A stretch of 64,000 bases of DNA from NCBI GenBank assembly GCA_900546715.1, contig UREA01000005.1, positions 5,032-69,031 on the forward strand, in the 5' to 3' direction. This DNA is from an uncultured Mycoplasmatota bacterium (GTDB taxonomy: Bacteria > Bacillota_I > Bacilli_A > RF39 > UBA660). The stretch's first letter is position 1; each line of letters begins with the position of its first letter. This document shows, in pieces, positions 18,184 through 27,862 of this stretch. The notes under the pieces are model-generated. The model was not told the origin of the DNA. It saw only the letters and a list, made by a program, of their open reading frames with translations, and made no database searches. The position numbers and the translations under genes are program-made.

Positions 18184-19815
18184 TTAATAATATACTATAT
18201 ATTTTATATTTACTGAAGTAGAACCATCAGCAAAATAAAATCTTAATACATTATCTTTTGATTCTATTGCAGTAATTTTATTCCAATCATCCTGATATGT
18301 TATCATATCTGATAAAGTTGACCAATTAGGAAATACTAAAGGATTAATACTACTTGTCATGCCTGATACAGTCTCATCTATATAATATTGATAGCCACTT
18401 GGATTACTTAAGGCCAAAATAGGTATCGCATTGAAACTACTTGTCTTACTTTTTGAATAATTACTACCACCCGAGCCTATCAAATTATCTACATATTGTT
18501 TAGTAGCTGGTTGATTATATTCTTTTGGTTCTTTTAACCCTGTAATTTCCAAGCCATTTGCACTACCATTAATATTATAAGCATTAGTAGCACCGTCAGC
18601 AATAATTAATTGTGACTCGTTTATACCTAATACTACCCCATTAGTTTCTAAACTAATACCTTCATTCTGAACTTGAATACAATAATCACCAGATTGAGAC
18701 TGAATTCTAACACTACCATCTGAGCCAAAAGGCTCAATAGGATCAGAAACCATTATTTTTCCTGTACCTCCGGTAGTTAATACTCTTAATACAGTTTCGT
18801 GACCACCATTTCGAGCTAATAAATCTACTTTAACAAACTTATTGGTTTCAATTTGTGACTGCCCCAAGATTTGTGATAAACCAGATGAATTTTGCGTCCC
18901 TAACGCAAAAGAAGAGTATTTATTAGCATCATTAACAAATCCTAAAACTGCTTGATAAGTCCTGTCACTTGTATTATTATCAGTCATATTTAACATAAAA
19001 GGCGTAGCCATATTTTCATAAGTCCCACCAGCAATAGGTAGCCAAGGAGCGTCAATAGCTTTTACTTCCCCAGGAATAGTCCCTTCTTTTACAATTACCT
19101 GCCCGTCCGTTCCCTCAATTTCTTTTTGAAAAGAAATTAATACAGTTTCTAAATAACTGGCTAATGGAATATATTTATCATTTTGTTTAGTAAAAACGTT
19201 TTTATCCGAAGTAAAATCCCATTCACCCCATGTAATAGTATCTTGCCCATAACCTGATCTATAAAATTTATAAATTGGATTCTGTCCTAAATCAGCACTT
19301 AATAAATTTTGATACTCTTGTATATATAAATAAAAAGAACTGCCCTCTAAAAGAGTTTTATAATAATAAACATTTAATTTAAATAAATAATTTTTAGAAC
19401 TTGAATCATCCCCCGAAATCATCGAAGGAACATTTTGAATTGGAGTATTATACCCGATATCTGGAAAATAAGCCCCTACATAAGTACCTGGCGTTATAAC
19501 ATTATTTAGATCAGTTATGCTTAACTCTTTGAAAGACTTCATCTGACTAAAATCATTTTGAGGCATTCTGCTCAAATAATCAGACAAACTTAATGAAGTT
19601 CCTTCGCTATTTTCGGCAGATATATTTTTTACAGAAGTGGCCCAAGATAATTCACTATATTTTTTTACTCCATCCCCAACTTTAAATCCAATAGTTCCAT
19701 CTTCTTTGGAAACAATGATTAACTCTCCATTTAATAATACAGGATTATTAGTAGTCCAATTTTGTTCTGTATCATATTTATTTTGAATTCTACTATCTAA
19801 TTTTTTAGTAGCCAT
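18184..19815 (-). CDS. tail fibre / receptor-binding protein paralog 1
   Basis: N-terminus MATKKLDSRIQNKYDTEQNWTTNNPVLLNGELIIV..FKVGDGVKKYSELSW, the conserved fibre N-domain shared with 19874-21127 and 22499-23563. Confidence 0.55.
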   Translation of the reverse strand: MATKKLDSRIQNKYDTEQNWTTNNPVLLNGELIIVSKEDGTIGFKVGDGVKKYSELSWATSVKNISAENSEGTSLSLSDYLSRMPQNDFSQMKSFKELSITDLNNVITPGTYVGAYFPDIGYNTPIQNVPSMISGDDSSSKNYLFKLNVYYYKTLLEGSSFYLYIQEYQNLLSADLGQNPIYKFYRSGYGQDTITWGEWDFTSDKNVFTKQNDKYIPLASYLETVLISFQKEIEGTDGQVIVKEGTIPGEVKAIDAPWLPIAGGTYENMATPFMLNMTDNNTSDRTYQAVLGFVNDANKYSSFALGTQNSSGLSQILGQSQIETNKFVKVDLLARNGGHETVLRVLTTGGTGKIMVSDPIEPFGSDGSVRIQSQSGDYCIQVQNEGISLETNGVVLGINESQLIIADGATNAYNINGSANGLEITGLKEPKEYNQPATKQYVDNLIGSGGSNYSKSKTSSFNAIPILALSNPSGYQYYIDETVSGMTSSINPLVFPNWSTLSDMITYQDDWNKITAIESKDNVLRFYFADGSTSVNIKYIVYY

Positions 19816-19832
19816 AAAATCTCCTTTTATTA

Positions 19833-19863
19833 AATAGAGAGAAGGAAAAACCTTCTCTCTATT
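19833..19863 (-). terminator. hairpin between fibre genes (possible attenuator or terminator)
   Basis: 13-bp stem aatagagagaagg/ccttctctctatt. Confidence 0.4.
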
Positions 19864-19873
19864 TAATTCAATA

Positions 19874-21127
19874 TCAGATTACATCAGAAGAAGTCCCACA
19901 ATTAATAATTAAATAGTCTCCCTCTATTTGAGTAGCATCATTAATATTACCAGTCTTACCAATCTGACTCACAGCAGAAGCATCTATCTTTGCGGACAGA
20001 GCAGTTTCAAGACCAGAAATTTTAGATTGGCTTAAAGTAGGAATTGCCGCCTCAGTAATAGCAGCACGAGTTACACTAATAATACCATCAGTCTGAGAAA
20101 CAACGGTTACAAATTGATTAGCAACAGCACTATCAGCCTTATCAAGACTACCAATCTTGGTAGTAATTTGCTGATCGGTTTCAGTCTTAGTGTAATAATT
20201 AGTTAAATCGACTGCGCCACTTAAAGCATCAAGATAGTATGTATCATCCTCTACAATTACTGCTACGTTAGTGCCAGCAGGGAAATGTTCTCCTACTTCA
20301 GCAGTTACGAAACGAGCATCTGCCTCAAAAGCATCATTTACATTATAAACATTACCTAATTCGGTTTTAGAAAGAGTTTTAGGTAAATTTGCAAAATTAA
20401 CACTACCAACAGGTTTGTAAACAGAACCTATTTTTGCTGCGATTTGATTATCAGTATAAGTATTGGATTCCTGTACTGCCCCTTTGATCGTAGTAGAAGT
20501 TGCGCTACCAGTACCAATCAAATCAGTCTTAGCTTCACCAACAATAGTATCTGCATGATCTTCTGCCGCTGATTGAGCAGCAGCAGCAGCACCGGCAGTA
20601 TCAAAAGCAGAAGATTCCTGATAAGCAGCAGATTTTAGACCTGCAACAGCTACATCAGTTCCATTAAATTTAACAGTGCCGTTGACAGTACCGGTAGTTA
20701 AAGTATATACAATAGAGATGGGGTCTCCGACATCAGACCAAGACCCATTTAAAGGTTTGGACTGTAATTTAAAAGTAGTATTATTAACTTTTACCAACTG
20801 ATACTGAGTATCTGTATCCTCTACTTTCCCAGAAATATAAGCATCTAATCCTTCAATTTCAGACGCTTGATAAGTAGGTTTAGTAGGTGCTAATGCCCAA
20901 GAATATACATCAGCAGATTTAGCGCTTATCCAAGGCAGTTCACTAAACTTCTTCGTTCCGTCGCCTATCTTCATTAGCACAGCAGGCTCTTGCCGAACTA
21001 CATCAGTAGAGGCAGGAACATCTACAATAGCAATTTCACCCTTTAATAATACAGGGTCATTGCTGGTCCAATTTGCATAAGTATCAATTTTATTTACTAA
21101 TCTTGCTTTAAATTCTTTAGTAGCCAT
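19874..21127 (-). CDS. tail fibre / receptor-binding protein paralog 2
   Basis: N-terminus MATKEFKARLVNKIDTYANWTSNDPVLLKGEIAIV..MKIGDGTKKFSELPW. The central region is shared with 21155-22480 (FANLP.., PAGTNV.V, VDLTxYxTKTE). Confidence 0.55.
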   Translation of the reverse strand: MATKEFKARLVNKIDTYANWTSNDPVLLKGEIAIVDVPASTDVVRQEPAVLMKIGDGTKKFSELPWISAKSADVYSWALAPTKPTYQASEIEGLDAYISGKVEDTDTQYQLVKVNNTTFKLQSKPLNGSWSDVGDPISIVYTLTTGTVNGTVKFNGTDVAVAGLKSAAYQESSAFDTAGAAAAAQSAAEDHADTIVGEAKTDLIGTGSATSTTIKGAVQESNTYTDNQIAAKIGSVYKPVGSVNFANLPKTLSKTELGNVYNVNDAFEADARFVTAEVGEHFPAGTNVAVIVEDDTYYLDALSGAVDLTNYYTKTETDQQITTKIGSLDKADSAVANQFVTVVSQTDGIISVTRAAITEAAIPTLSQSKISGLETALSAKIDASAVSQIGKTGNINDATQIEGDYLIINCGTSSDVI

Positions 21128-21154
21128 AATTTATGCCCCCCCCAAGTTTTGAAT

Positions 21155-22480
21155 TTAATTACTATTTCCACCATTTAGAATTAGTTCGTCTCCTTCGGTT
21201 TGAACTAATTGGTTTACATTCAATTTATTTATAACCATAGTGCCATCATCATTTACAACAACACCATTTTCAGCGTCAGTGCCTTTAACAATACCTAATA
21301 CCGTAAAAGAAGCAACAGGAATATCTACCGCTTTCTCAGAAATAGGAAGTGCCTGCCCATTTAACTTGACAGATTCAAGCACATTAGTTTGAGCTTCGGC
21401 CTGAATACCATCTAATTTAGTTTTTAATTCATTAGTAAAATCGTTTGTAGACAGCCCTTTGCCCTCTACTTTATCAACTTTACTATCTAAAGCAGTAGTT
21501 AAGTCAGTTACTTTATCTTGAGAAACAGAAGTTAAATTTAATTGTCCTTTTTCACTTAAAGTAAACTCATTAGAAACAGACTTAATATCAGCAAGACCAT
21601 TTAATTTAGTAATTAAAGTATCTTGAATTAAGCTATATCCAGTTTTCTTATCTACTTTGTTTTCTGCTTCAGCCTTAGTTAAATAAGTCGTAGAGGCTTC
21701 TGTTTTAGTTAAATAATCAGTTAAATCAACAGCAGTAGATAAAATTTCATATTTATAAGTATCAGGATTAGAACCTGTTTTAACTACTACAACATTAGTA
21801 CCTGCCGGATATTCCTGCCCAGGAGTAACGAATTTATCATCAGTAGTAAATCCATCATTGACAATAATTACATCGCCTAAATTATCTGCACCAGGAGTCG
21901 GAAGATTAGCAAAGTCACTGGAGCCAGTAGGAGTATATACACCAGAAATAGCTGCATCAATTTTGGCATCAGTCTCAGTCTTAGTATATACATCATTAGT
22001 ATCAGCTTTATTTGCTAATTCAGTGTTAATCCCATCGACAGCAGTTTGTAATTGCCCAACTTCTGTTTGTAAATCCTCAACAGCAGAATTATCAGGAGTG
22101 AACCACTCTAATTCTCCATTCTCTCCAACTCTAACTTGTTGATTAGTTAAAGCAGAAGAAAATCCTTTTAATGCTAATATCCCGGCAGAAGAAGTAATAG
22201 ATTTACCATCCACCTCAACATCAGCGGCCGCACCAGAACCAACAGGTTTTAATGTTTTATCAGGTTGAATAATATATAATGTGGCTTCATTATCTTCTAC
22301 TACAATGATATTTTGTCCAAAATAATATTGTGTAGCAGAACTACCAGCTTGCTCTGCGCTTTCAGCGGCAGTCATAGCAGCCTCTAAACTCTCAAAATAA
22401 CTATTTGCATCTAAAGGTAATGCTGAAGTCATTGCAAAAGGAATACTAAAATTTAATTTAGGTAATCTTTCAACAGCCAT
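21155..22480 (-). CDS. tail fibre protein (coiled/segmented shaft)
   Basis: Repeated TKTE/TKAE segments. Shares blocks with 19874-21127. Confidence 0.5.
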   Translation of the reverse strand: MAVERLPKLNFSIPFAMTSALPLDANSYFESLEAAMTAAESAEQAGSSATQYYFGQNIIVVEDNEATLYIIQPDKTLKPVGSGAAADVEVDGKSITSSAGILALKGFSSALTNQQVRVGENGELEWFTPDNSAVEDLQTEVGQLQTAVDGINTELANKADTNDVYTKTETDAKIDAAISGVYTPTGSSDFANLPTPGADNLGDVIIVNDGFTTDDKFVTPGQEYPAGTNVVVVKTGSNPDTYKYEILSTAVDLTDYLTKTEASTTYLTKAEAENKVDKKTGYSLIQDTLITKLNGLADIKSVSNEFTLSEKGQLNLTSVSQDKVTDLTTALDSKVDKVEGKGLSTNDFTNELKTKLDGIQAEAQTNVLESVKLNGQALPISEKAVDIPVASFTVLGIVKGTDAENGVVVNDDGTMVINKLNVNQLVQTEGDELILNGGNSN

Positions 22481-22498
22481 TTTTACACTCCCTTTCTA

Positions 22499-23563
22499 TT
22501 AAATAGTTACCTTATAGGTATTTTGAGTATCATTAGGATTAGCATAATCTAAATAATACACTTTATAATCAATACCATTATAATCATTAGCGCCAGTTAC
22601 AGATACAGTTTGTTTAGTAAAAGAAGATTTGATTTCTGCATTTAGTCCATTAACATCCTGTACGCTACTAACATCTGCTAAAGTTGCTGGATAAGCAAAA
22701 ATAACTCTCTTGGCACCGACAGGAATGGAAATATTCCATACAGCACCAGTAGTAACCGCCTTATTACTCTTACCAGATAAAGCACGAATATTAGTAGAAT
22801 CTAACTCAGTTATAGAATCTTGAGTTCCATAAAATCCATTTCTGTACCCAGTAATTTTTAATGTAGAGCTTGCTTTAGTGCCAGCTTGTATTTTTCCTTC
22901 CTCATACTCTTGTCCTAATGCAGTTAAAGGAATAGCACCTTCAGTATAAGTTACTTCACCTTGGAACGAATAATTAATATTATCAATTACTTCTACTTCT
23001 TTCAGGCTTCCAGTTTGCCCTTTTACTGTCTCTTCCCCCGCTTTAACAGTATAATCAGTTGCAGTTACACCAGTATCAGGTCCAAACTCATATTTGCCAG
23101 GATTAAAAGTTAAAGAATATGCAGGTGTAACCTTATTACCAACCTCATAAGCGCCAGCTTGCGTAGAAGAAATAGACACAGAAGGTTGTGTAATAGTAGG
23201 ATTTACATCTTCAGCATAAGCGTCTAATAATACTTCTAATAAAGTTTTTCCATTAGCAGGCACAGTTACTTTGCCATTTACAGGTTCATATTTGCCAAAA
23301 GGCTCAGTAAAAACTAAATCCTGAGAAAAATCTACTTGACTGGCATCCACTGGTAATTCTATTGAACCACCACCAGCGCCTCCAACATAAGGTAATTGCC
23401 CCCATGTACTGGTTCCATCACCAATCTTAAATTTACCTTTGTTTTCTCCATCATTAGTAACACAGGCTTCGCCAACTAAAGGAACAAAACTATCAGCTAC
23501 TGTCAACCAATTAGCTTCAGTATCATTTTTTAGTTGAATTCTGGTTATTAATTCACTTTTCAT
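22499..23563 (-). CDS. tail fibre / receptor-binding protein paralog 3
   Basis: Preferred start is the ATG at 23563, after RBS aaggag. N-terminus MKSELITRIQLKNDTEANW...FKIGDGTSTWGQLPY. Confidence 0.5.
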   Translation of the reverse strand: MKSELITRIQLKNDTEANWLTVADSFVPLVGEACVTNDGENKGKFKIGDGTSTWGQLPYVGGAGGGSIELPVDASQVDFSQDLVFTEPFGKYEPVNGKVTVPANGKTLLEVLLDAYAEDVNPTITQPSVSISSTQAGAYEVGNKVTPAYSLTFNPGKYEFGPDTGVTATDYTVKAGEETVKGQTGSLKEVEVIDNINYSFQGEVTYTEGAIPLTALGQEYEEGKIQAGTKASSTLKITGYRNGFYGTQDSITELDSTNIRALSGKSNKAVTTGAVWNISIPVGAKRVIFAYPATLADVSSVQDVNGLNAEIKSSFTKQTVSVTGANDYNGIDYKVYYLDYANPNDTQNTYKVTI

Positions 23564-23567
23564 ATAT

Positions 23568-24083
23568 TCACTCCTTTTGTGCAGGCTCAAAGGCGTTACC
23601 GCCATCTATACCTATCGGATATTTTACAGGAGAAAAAGCGTCTCCTCCATTAATACCCGTAATATCTAAAAACTCTCCAGTTTTCAATTCTTCATATAAC
23701 TCTCTTATTTCCGCCTCTATTTGATAAAACTCTGTTGGAACAGGATCATAAGCACAATAAGGGTCAATAGACTCAGTTACCCAGACCTCAAAAGTTTCTG
23801 TTTGATAAGTTTGAGCATCATTATATCCTACAAATTGCATGATATATCTTCCACCAAAAGGCAACATGTGTCTTGTTAAATCAACAGACAAAACATTGCC
23901 ATTGCGGTCCAAATTAATAATATTATATTTATCAACTTTAGTCATATAAATTTTTAATTGATAAAACCAATCGGCAGAAGTATCAACAGTTACTTCAAAA
24001 TGATCTACTAAATTATTCAAAGCAAATCCTATAACTTTATTCCCTGTGATATTTACTGTTGTTCCTATTATTTCTATTGTCAC
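23568..24083 (-). CDS. hypothetical structural protein
   Basis: ORF track and position in the fibre cassette. Confidence 0.3.
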   Translation of the reverse strand: MTIEIIGTTVNITGNKVIGFALNNLVDHFEVTVDTSADWFYQLKIYMTKVDKYNIINLDRNGNVLSVDLTRHMLPFGGRYIMQFVGYNDAQTYQTETFEVWVTESIDPYCAYDPVPTEFYQIEAEIRELYEELKTGEFLDITGINGGDAFSPVKYPIGIDGGNAFEPAQKE

Positions 24084-24115
24084 TTATTACCCCCCTTTTG
24101 TTTATTTAATTGTAT

Positions 24116-24487
24116 TTATACTTTAAAAATATCTTTAATTTTATTTATAGCATCAGTTAAATAATGGATAGTAGCAGTTAGAAAAGCACCAACTATTACT
24201 AAGCTATCAAAAGCAGTTAAAGCCTCTTCACCTATATCAATACCAATACAAGTTGCAAAAGAAGGAACAATAGTTATTACAATAGTTAATAGTCCTATAC
24301 ATATTCCTAAAACTAAGAATTTCACACAACTATTCCCTATTTTTTTCCAATCAAAAGTTCCTTTATCAATTTTAATACTTTTCCAAGCACCAAGGCCCAT
24401 ATTAGCTAAATAAGCGCCTATAAACATTAATAACCCAATACCTACTTTTTCTAAATTACCCAATATTATAAAAAGTAATTCATTCAT
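24116..24487 (-). CDS. holin-like membrane protein
   Basis: 123 aa with 3-4 predicted TM helices (GIGLLMFIGAYLANMGLGAW, FLVLGICIGLLTIVITIV, LVIVGAFLTATIHYL) and a charged C-terminus. Confidence 0.45.
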   Translation of the reverse strand: MNELLFIILGNLEKVGIGLLMFIGAYLANMGLGAWKSIKIDKGTFDWKKIGNSCVKFLVLGICIGLLTIVITIVPSFATCIGIDIGEEALTAFDSLVIVGAFLTATIHYLTDAINKIKDIFKV

Positions 24488-24517
24488 TTTTCATCTTCCT
24501 TATTATTAAAGTTTTCT

Positions 24518-24873
24518 TTATCCCAAAACAACGCCTTGTACATAGATATTAGAATAATCTGTATATTGATCTATAACAAGAGCTTTTATTTTAAATACAT
24601 CGTCCTCTTGAAAACTAATATCATTAAACTGCACAGCTGTATTATTTGTAGAAAACATTATCGAGGTTTTACCCAACCAATTAATTTTTTCGCTTACCGT
24701 ACAAGACCCTAAATACTTCCACACGTTATCATAAATCTGTATATAAAAATTTAATATTGCATATTTTGGCTCGAATCCCAGAATAAAAGATTTTTTTTGA
24801 CTGTTTATTGTATCATTAATATAAACAATATCCCCCCCCCAGCAAAGGGGGCATTATTCACAAAATTTATCAT
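24518..24873 (-). CDS. hypothetical protein whose frame is broken at a G9 tract (needs a -1 shift or a G10 allele)
   Basis: ATG at 24873 with RBS agaggt reads MINFVNNAPFAGGG, then stops at 24805 in frame. The frame opening at 24853 continues DIVYINDT... to 24518. The track ORF 24518-24724 starts at a GTG with no RBS. Confidence 0.4.
24832..24840 (-). repeat. homopolymeric G9 tract (coding strand) at the frame junction
   Basis: Nine consecutive C on the + strand, within otherwise AT-rich sequence. Confidence 0.9.
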
Positions 24874-24885
24874 ATCTACCTCTTA

Positions 24886-25458
24886 TTACAATATATCCAT
24901 ATCATAATCAACATTGTCTATATCTTCTTTGGTATTTAATGTATCTATATAAGCACAAAGTTTTTTATAACGTAAAAGAATATTATTCTTATTTTCATTC
25001 AACTTTGTAAAAATAGTTTCTATATCTTCTTTACTATATAGTTCATAATCTTCTCCATCAGCATGATATAAATAATTATCATTGTTTTTATCATAATTAA
25101 CATTATAATAAGCTGATAAAATATTTAACTGGTCAGTTTCCATAAAAGAAAAATGCTTTTTTATCTGGTCAGATAAAACAATATCAATTCCATTTTTTAT
25201 TTCTTTAGAGCATCTTTTAGAAAATATAGATTTCTTTTTATTTTTATATTCTTTTATAATATCATCTGGCAAAGGAATTTCTGATAATGATATTATCTCA
25301 TTATTTTCATTAAATTCAATTTTTACAAAAGGAAAAGAGTCAGGAATAGAAATATTGTCTGGAATAGCTACCCATCCATCAGGGACCGGACAATCTTGTT
25401 CCCAAATGGAGTTTTCATACGATCCATTTTCATTTGGTATTAAATTAATTATTTTCAT
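24886..25458 (-). CDS. hypothetical protein
   Basis: ORF track only. Confidence 0.3.
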   Translation of the reverse strand: MKIINLIPNENGSYENSIWEQDCPVPDGWVAIPDNISIPDSFPFVKIEFNENNEIISLSEIPLPDDIIKEYKNKKKSIFSKRCSKEIKNGIDIVLSDQIKKHFSFMETDQLNILSAYYNVNYDKNNDNYLYHADGEDYELYSKEDIETIFTKLNENKNNILLRYKKLCAYIDTLNTKEDIDNVDYDMDIL

Positions 25459-25459
25459 T

Positions 25460-26125
25460 TTATGATACCCCTACAATATATACACAATATTCAGTTAATC
25501 CTGAATTAAATCTATTAGCAGAAAATTCGCCCACAGAATTGAAAGTGATCTTTATTTGAGAAGAAGTGGCACTAATATTTAAGTTTGAGCCATTAATTTG
25601 TTCATTACCTAATGTTATACTATAAATCCCTTTTGATATACTATACATAAACACACCTTCTGCCAAACCACCAGAATCTGCATAATATATTAAAAAATCT
25701 GCTTTGAAAGAAGTAGGGATAGTTATACTATTACTGCCATTTCCTGATCTTTTACTAATTGCAACTAATGGATAATTTACATAATCAGATTGAAGAACAA
25801 ATTCAGTCCCACTATTAGTAACATTAATATGAGCGCCATTTAATTCTAATTTAATTTTTGGTTCAGTTGCTTCTGCTTTTAAAAAGCCTAAACTACCATC
25901 AATATTAATATTACCTTTAACATTACCACCATTTAATGGGAGATAATCCCCCCCCCCAGATTCACCTATTTTACTATTTAATTCCATCAATACTTGAGAT
26001 ACATTAGTACCAGTAAAACCAGTAGTATCTTTACTTAATTTGATTTGAGTATCTAATGATTCTGGATATAATTCATCATAATCAGAATCATTCTTTTGTT
26101 TCATAGTAATATTATATTTAGACAT
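25460..26125 (-). CDS. hypothetical fibre-module protein containing an in-frame G10 tract
   Basis: ORF track. The G10 tract (C10 on + at 25948-25957) encodes GGG within ..IGESGGGDYLPLNGG.. Confidence 0.35.
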   Translation of the reverse strand: MSKYNITMKQKNDSDYDELYPESLDTQIKLSKDTTGFTGTNVSQVLMELNSKIGESGGGDYLPLNGGNVKGNINIDGSLGFLKAEATEPKIKLELNGAHINVTNSGTEFVLQSDYVNYPLVAISKRSGNGSNSITIPTSFKADFLIYYADSGGLAEGVFMYSISKGIYSITLGNEQINGSNLNISATSSQIKITFNSVGEFSANRFNSGLTEYCVYIVGVS

Positions 26126-27583
26126 TTATTTCCATTCTCCATTTGATCCTATTTTTACGATACATTGTTTCCAAGCACCATTAACGCCATAATAAACAGT
26201 ACCTTTAACCCATTTATTATTAACTCCTACATATACATTGTTATCATCTGATGAAGTATCTTGCCAAATAGCATATACAGTTCTTACATTATTATTCCAT
26301 TGTTCCACCCATGTTTTATAAGAACCAGAAGAAGTAGTAGACCATCCTAACAATATATGATCTGCATAAGACAATGAAGGTTCAGTAGGAATATTATTAG
26401 TTTTAGTTCCGGTGCCATAATAATAATTTGTACTACTACTACTACTAACAGTAGTTCCACCATTTTGAGGATAATAAACCATTTGCTCTTGTTTTTTATA
26501 AACCCCATAAAGAGTGGTGTAGCCAGCGCCGTAGGCTTGTTTATAATCTGAATAACTTACAGAACTACTTGACGATGATATACTCCATCCCTGAAAAGAA
26601 TAGGAAGAATCAGATAAACATGAAGTATTAACAGTTCCATAATCAGTAGACATTACATGCCCACCATCATGATCTCCTCTTCCATAATAATACGCATCAG
26701 TCGTCTTTGTAGAAACAGAAACAGATTGTCTTGAACTACTTCCTCTATAATAATATTTTGTGTCGGTAGTAGTCCCCCCACCTTTAAAATAAACCCCATA
26801 AAGAGTGGTGTAGCCAGCATTATAAGCCTGTTCATAGTCTGTATAATAAAAATCGGTGGTTCCGTCCTCCGTTGCCCACCCCTGAAATTCATAAGTGCTA
26901 TCTGCCGCACAAGAAGTAGTCACTGATCCATAAGTGGTCGAAACATCTCCTTCTTCATATACACCTTTACCATAAATATAAGAAGTTTCTTTTTTTTCGT
27001 ATGCTGTCACAGATCGTCGAGTACTATTGCCTCTATAATAATATCTTGTACTTGTAGAAGTTTCACCTTCTTGACTATATATGCAATATAAGGTCTGTCT
27101 ATTAGCTGTAGCCCAACTATTCAAAAATTCCATGTGAGCATCATAAATACCATTCCTGCTGGAATCAATCGAGGCGCCAATTAAATTCCATCCTACTAAT
27201 GTGCATTCACTACGCAAGTTTGGATTGTCAAGACTGTTAAGTAACTCAGAACTACTAAATCCTTTATAATATACTGTTGCAGCATATTTAGGTAAATCTA
27301 AATAATATACATAACTGATGCTACCAACAGTAATAGCTGTATCATAATATGTATCACATAATACAATTTGCAATTCTAAGGAGCTTTCTTCTGGATAGGC
27401 ATTTAAAGTAACATATCCAGAACTTCCAGACAATCTTCCTTTATACCAATAACGATAATTAGTAAAAGAACCACCTATATAAATATAATAATTACTTGTT
27501 CCTCTAACTTGTATTCTCGCCCCATCATTAAACCCATTAGGCCCAACCCATGATGCAGAAGTAGGTTTTGCAAAATTAGCCAT
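26126..27583 (-). CDS. repeat-containing adhesin-like protein (Listeria-Bacteroides-type repeats)
   Basis: Two repeats of about 95 aa: YYYRG.S.R.SV...YG.G....TSC..DS.Y.FQGW...Y..AY.AGYTTLYGVY. A third, degenerate copy ends ..LLGWSTTSSGS...VYAIW. Confidence 0.45.
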   Translation of the reverse strand: MANFAKPTSASWVGPNGFNDGARIQVRGTSNYYIYIGGSFTNYRYWYKGRLSGSSGYVTLNAYPEESSLELQIVLCDTYYDTAITVGSISYVYYLDLPKYAATVYYKGFSSSELLNSLDNPNLRSECTLVGWNLIGASIDSSRNGIYDAHMEFLNSWATANRQTLYCIYSQEGETSTSTRYYYRGNSTRRSVTAYEKKETSYIYGKGVYEEGDVSTTYGSVTTSCAADSTYEFQGWATEDGTTDFYYTDYEQAYNAGYTTLYGVYFKGGGTTTDTKYYYRGSSSRQSVSVSTKTTDAYYYGRGDHDGGHVMSTDYGTVNTSCLSDSSYSFQGWSISSSSSSVSYSDYKQAYGAGYTTLYGVYKKQEQMVYYPQNGGTTVSSSSSTNYYYGTGTKTNNIPTEPSLSYADHILLGWSTTSSGSYKTWVEQWNNNVRTVYAIWQDTSSDDNNVYVGVNNKWVKGTVYYGVNGAWKQCIVKIGSNGEWK

Positions 27584-27595
27584 TATATCTCTCCT

Positions 27596-27862
27596 TTAAG
27601 CATCATAAGCAATCAAAATAGCGCCATTAGTAACCCCTGGTAAACTGGAAGTGCTACCATGCAAAATGATCTTATAAGGTAAATAAGATTCAGGTATCTT
27701 TCCACCAGACAACTCTACTCTCTGACCTAAAGCAGTATTCATTTCACTTATAGTTTTATTGAAAGTAGCCATAGTAAATTGATCTGTGCCTACATAAGCA
27801 GTTATGTCATTACCACTTGTTGACGCTTCTGATGCTCTAACTACATCACTCATAATTACCAA
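27596..27862 (-). CDS. hypothetical protein
   Basis: ORF track only. Confidence 0.3.
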   Translation of the reverse strand: MVIMSDVVRASEASTSGNDITAYVGTDQFTMATFNKTISEMNTALGQRVELSGGKIPESYLPYKIILHGSTSSLPGVTNGAILIAYDA

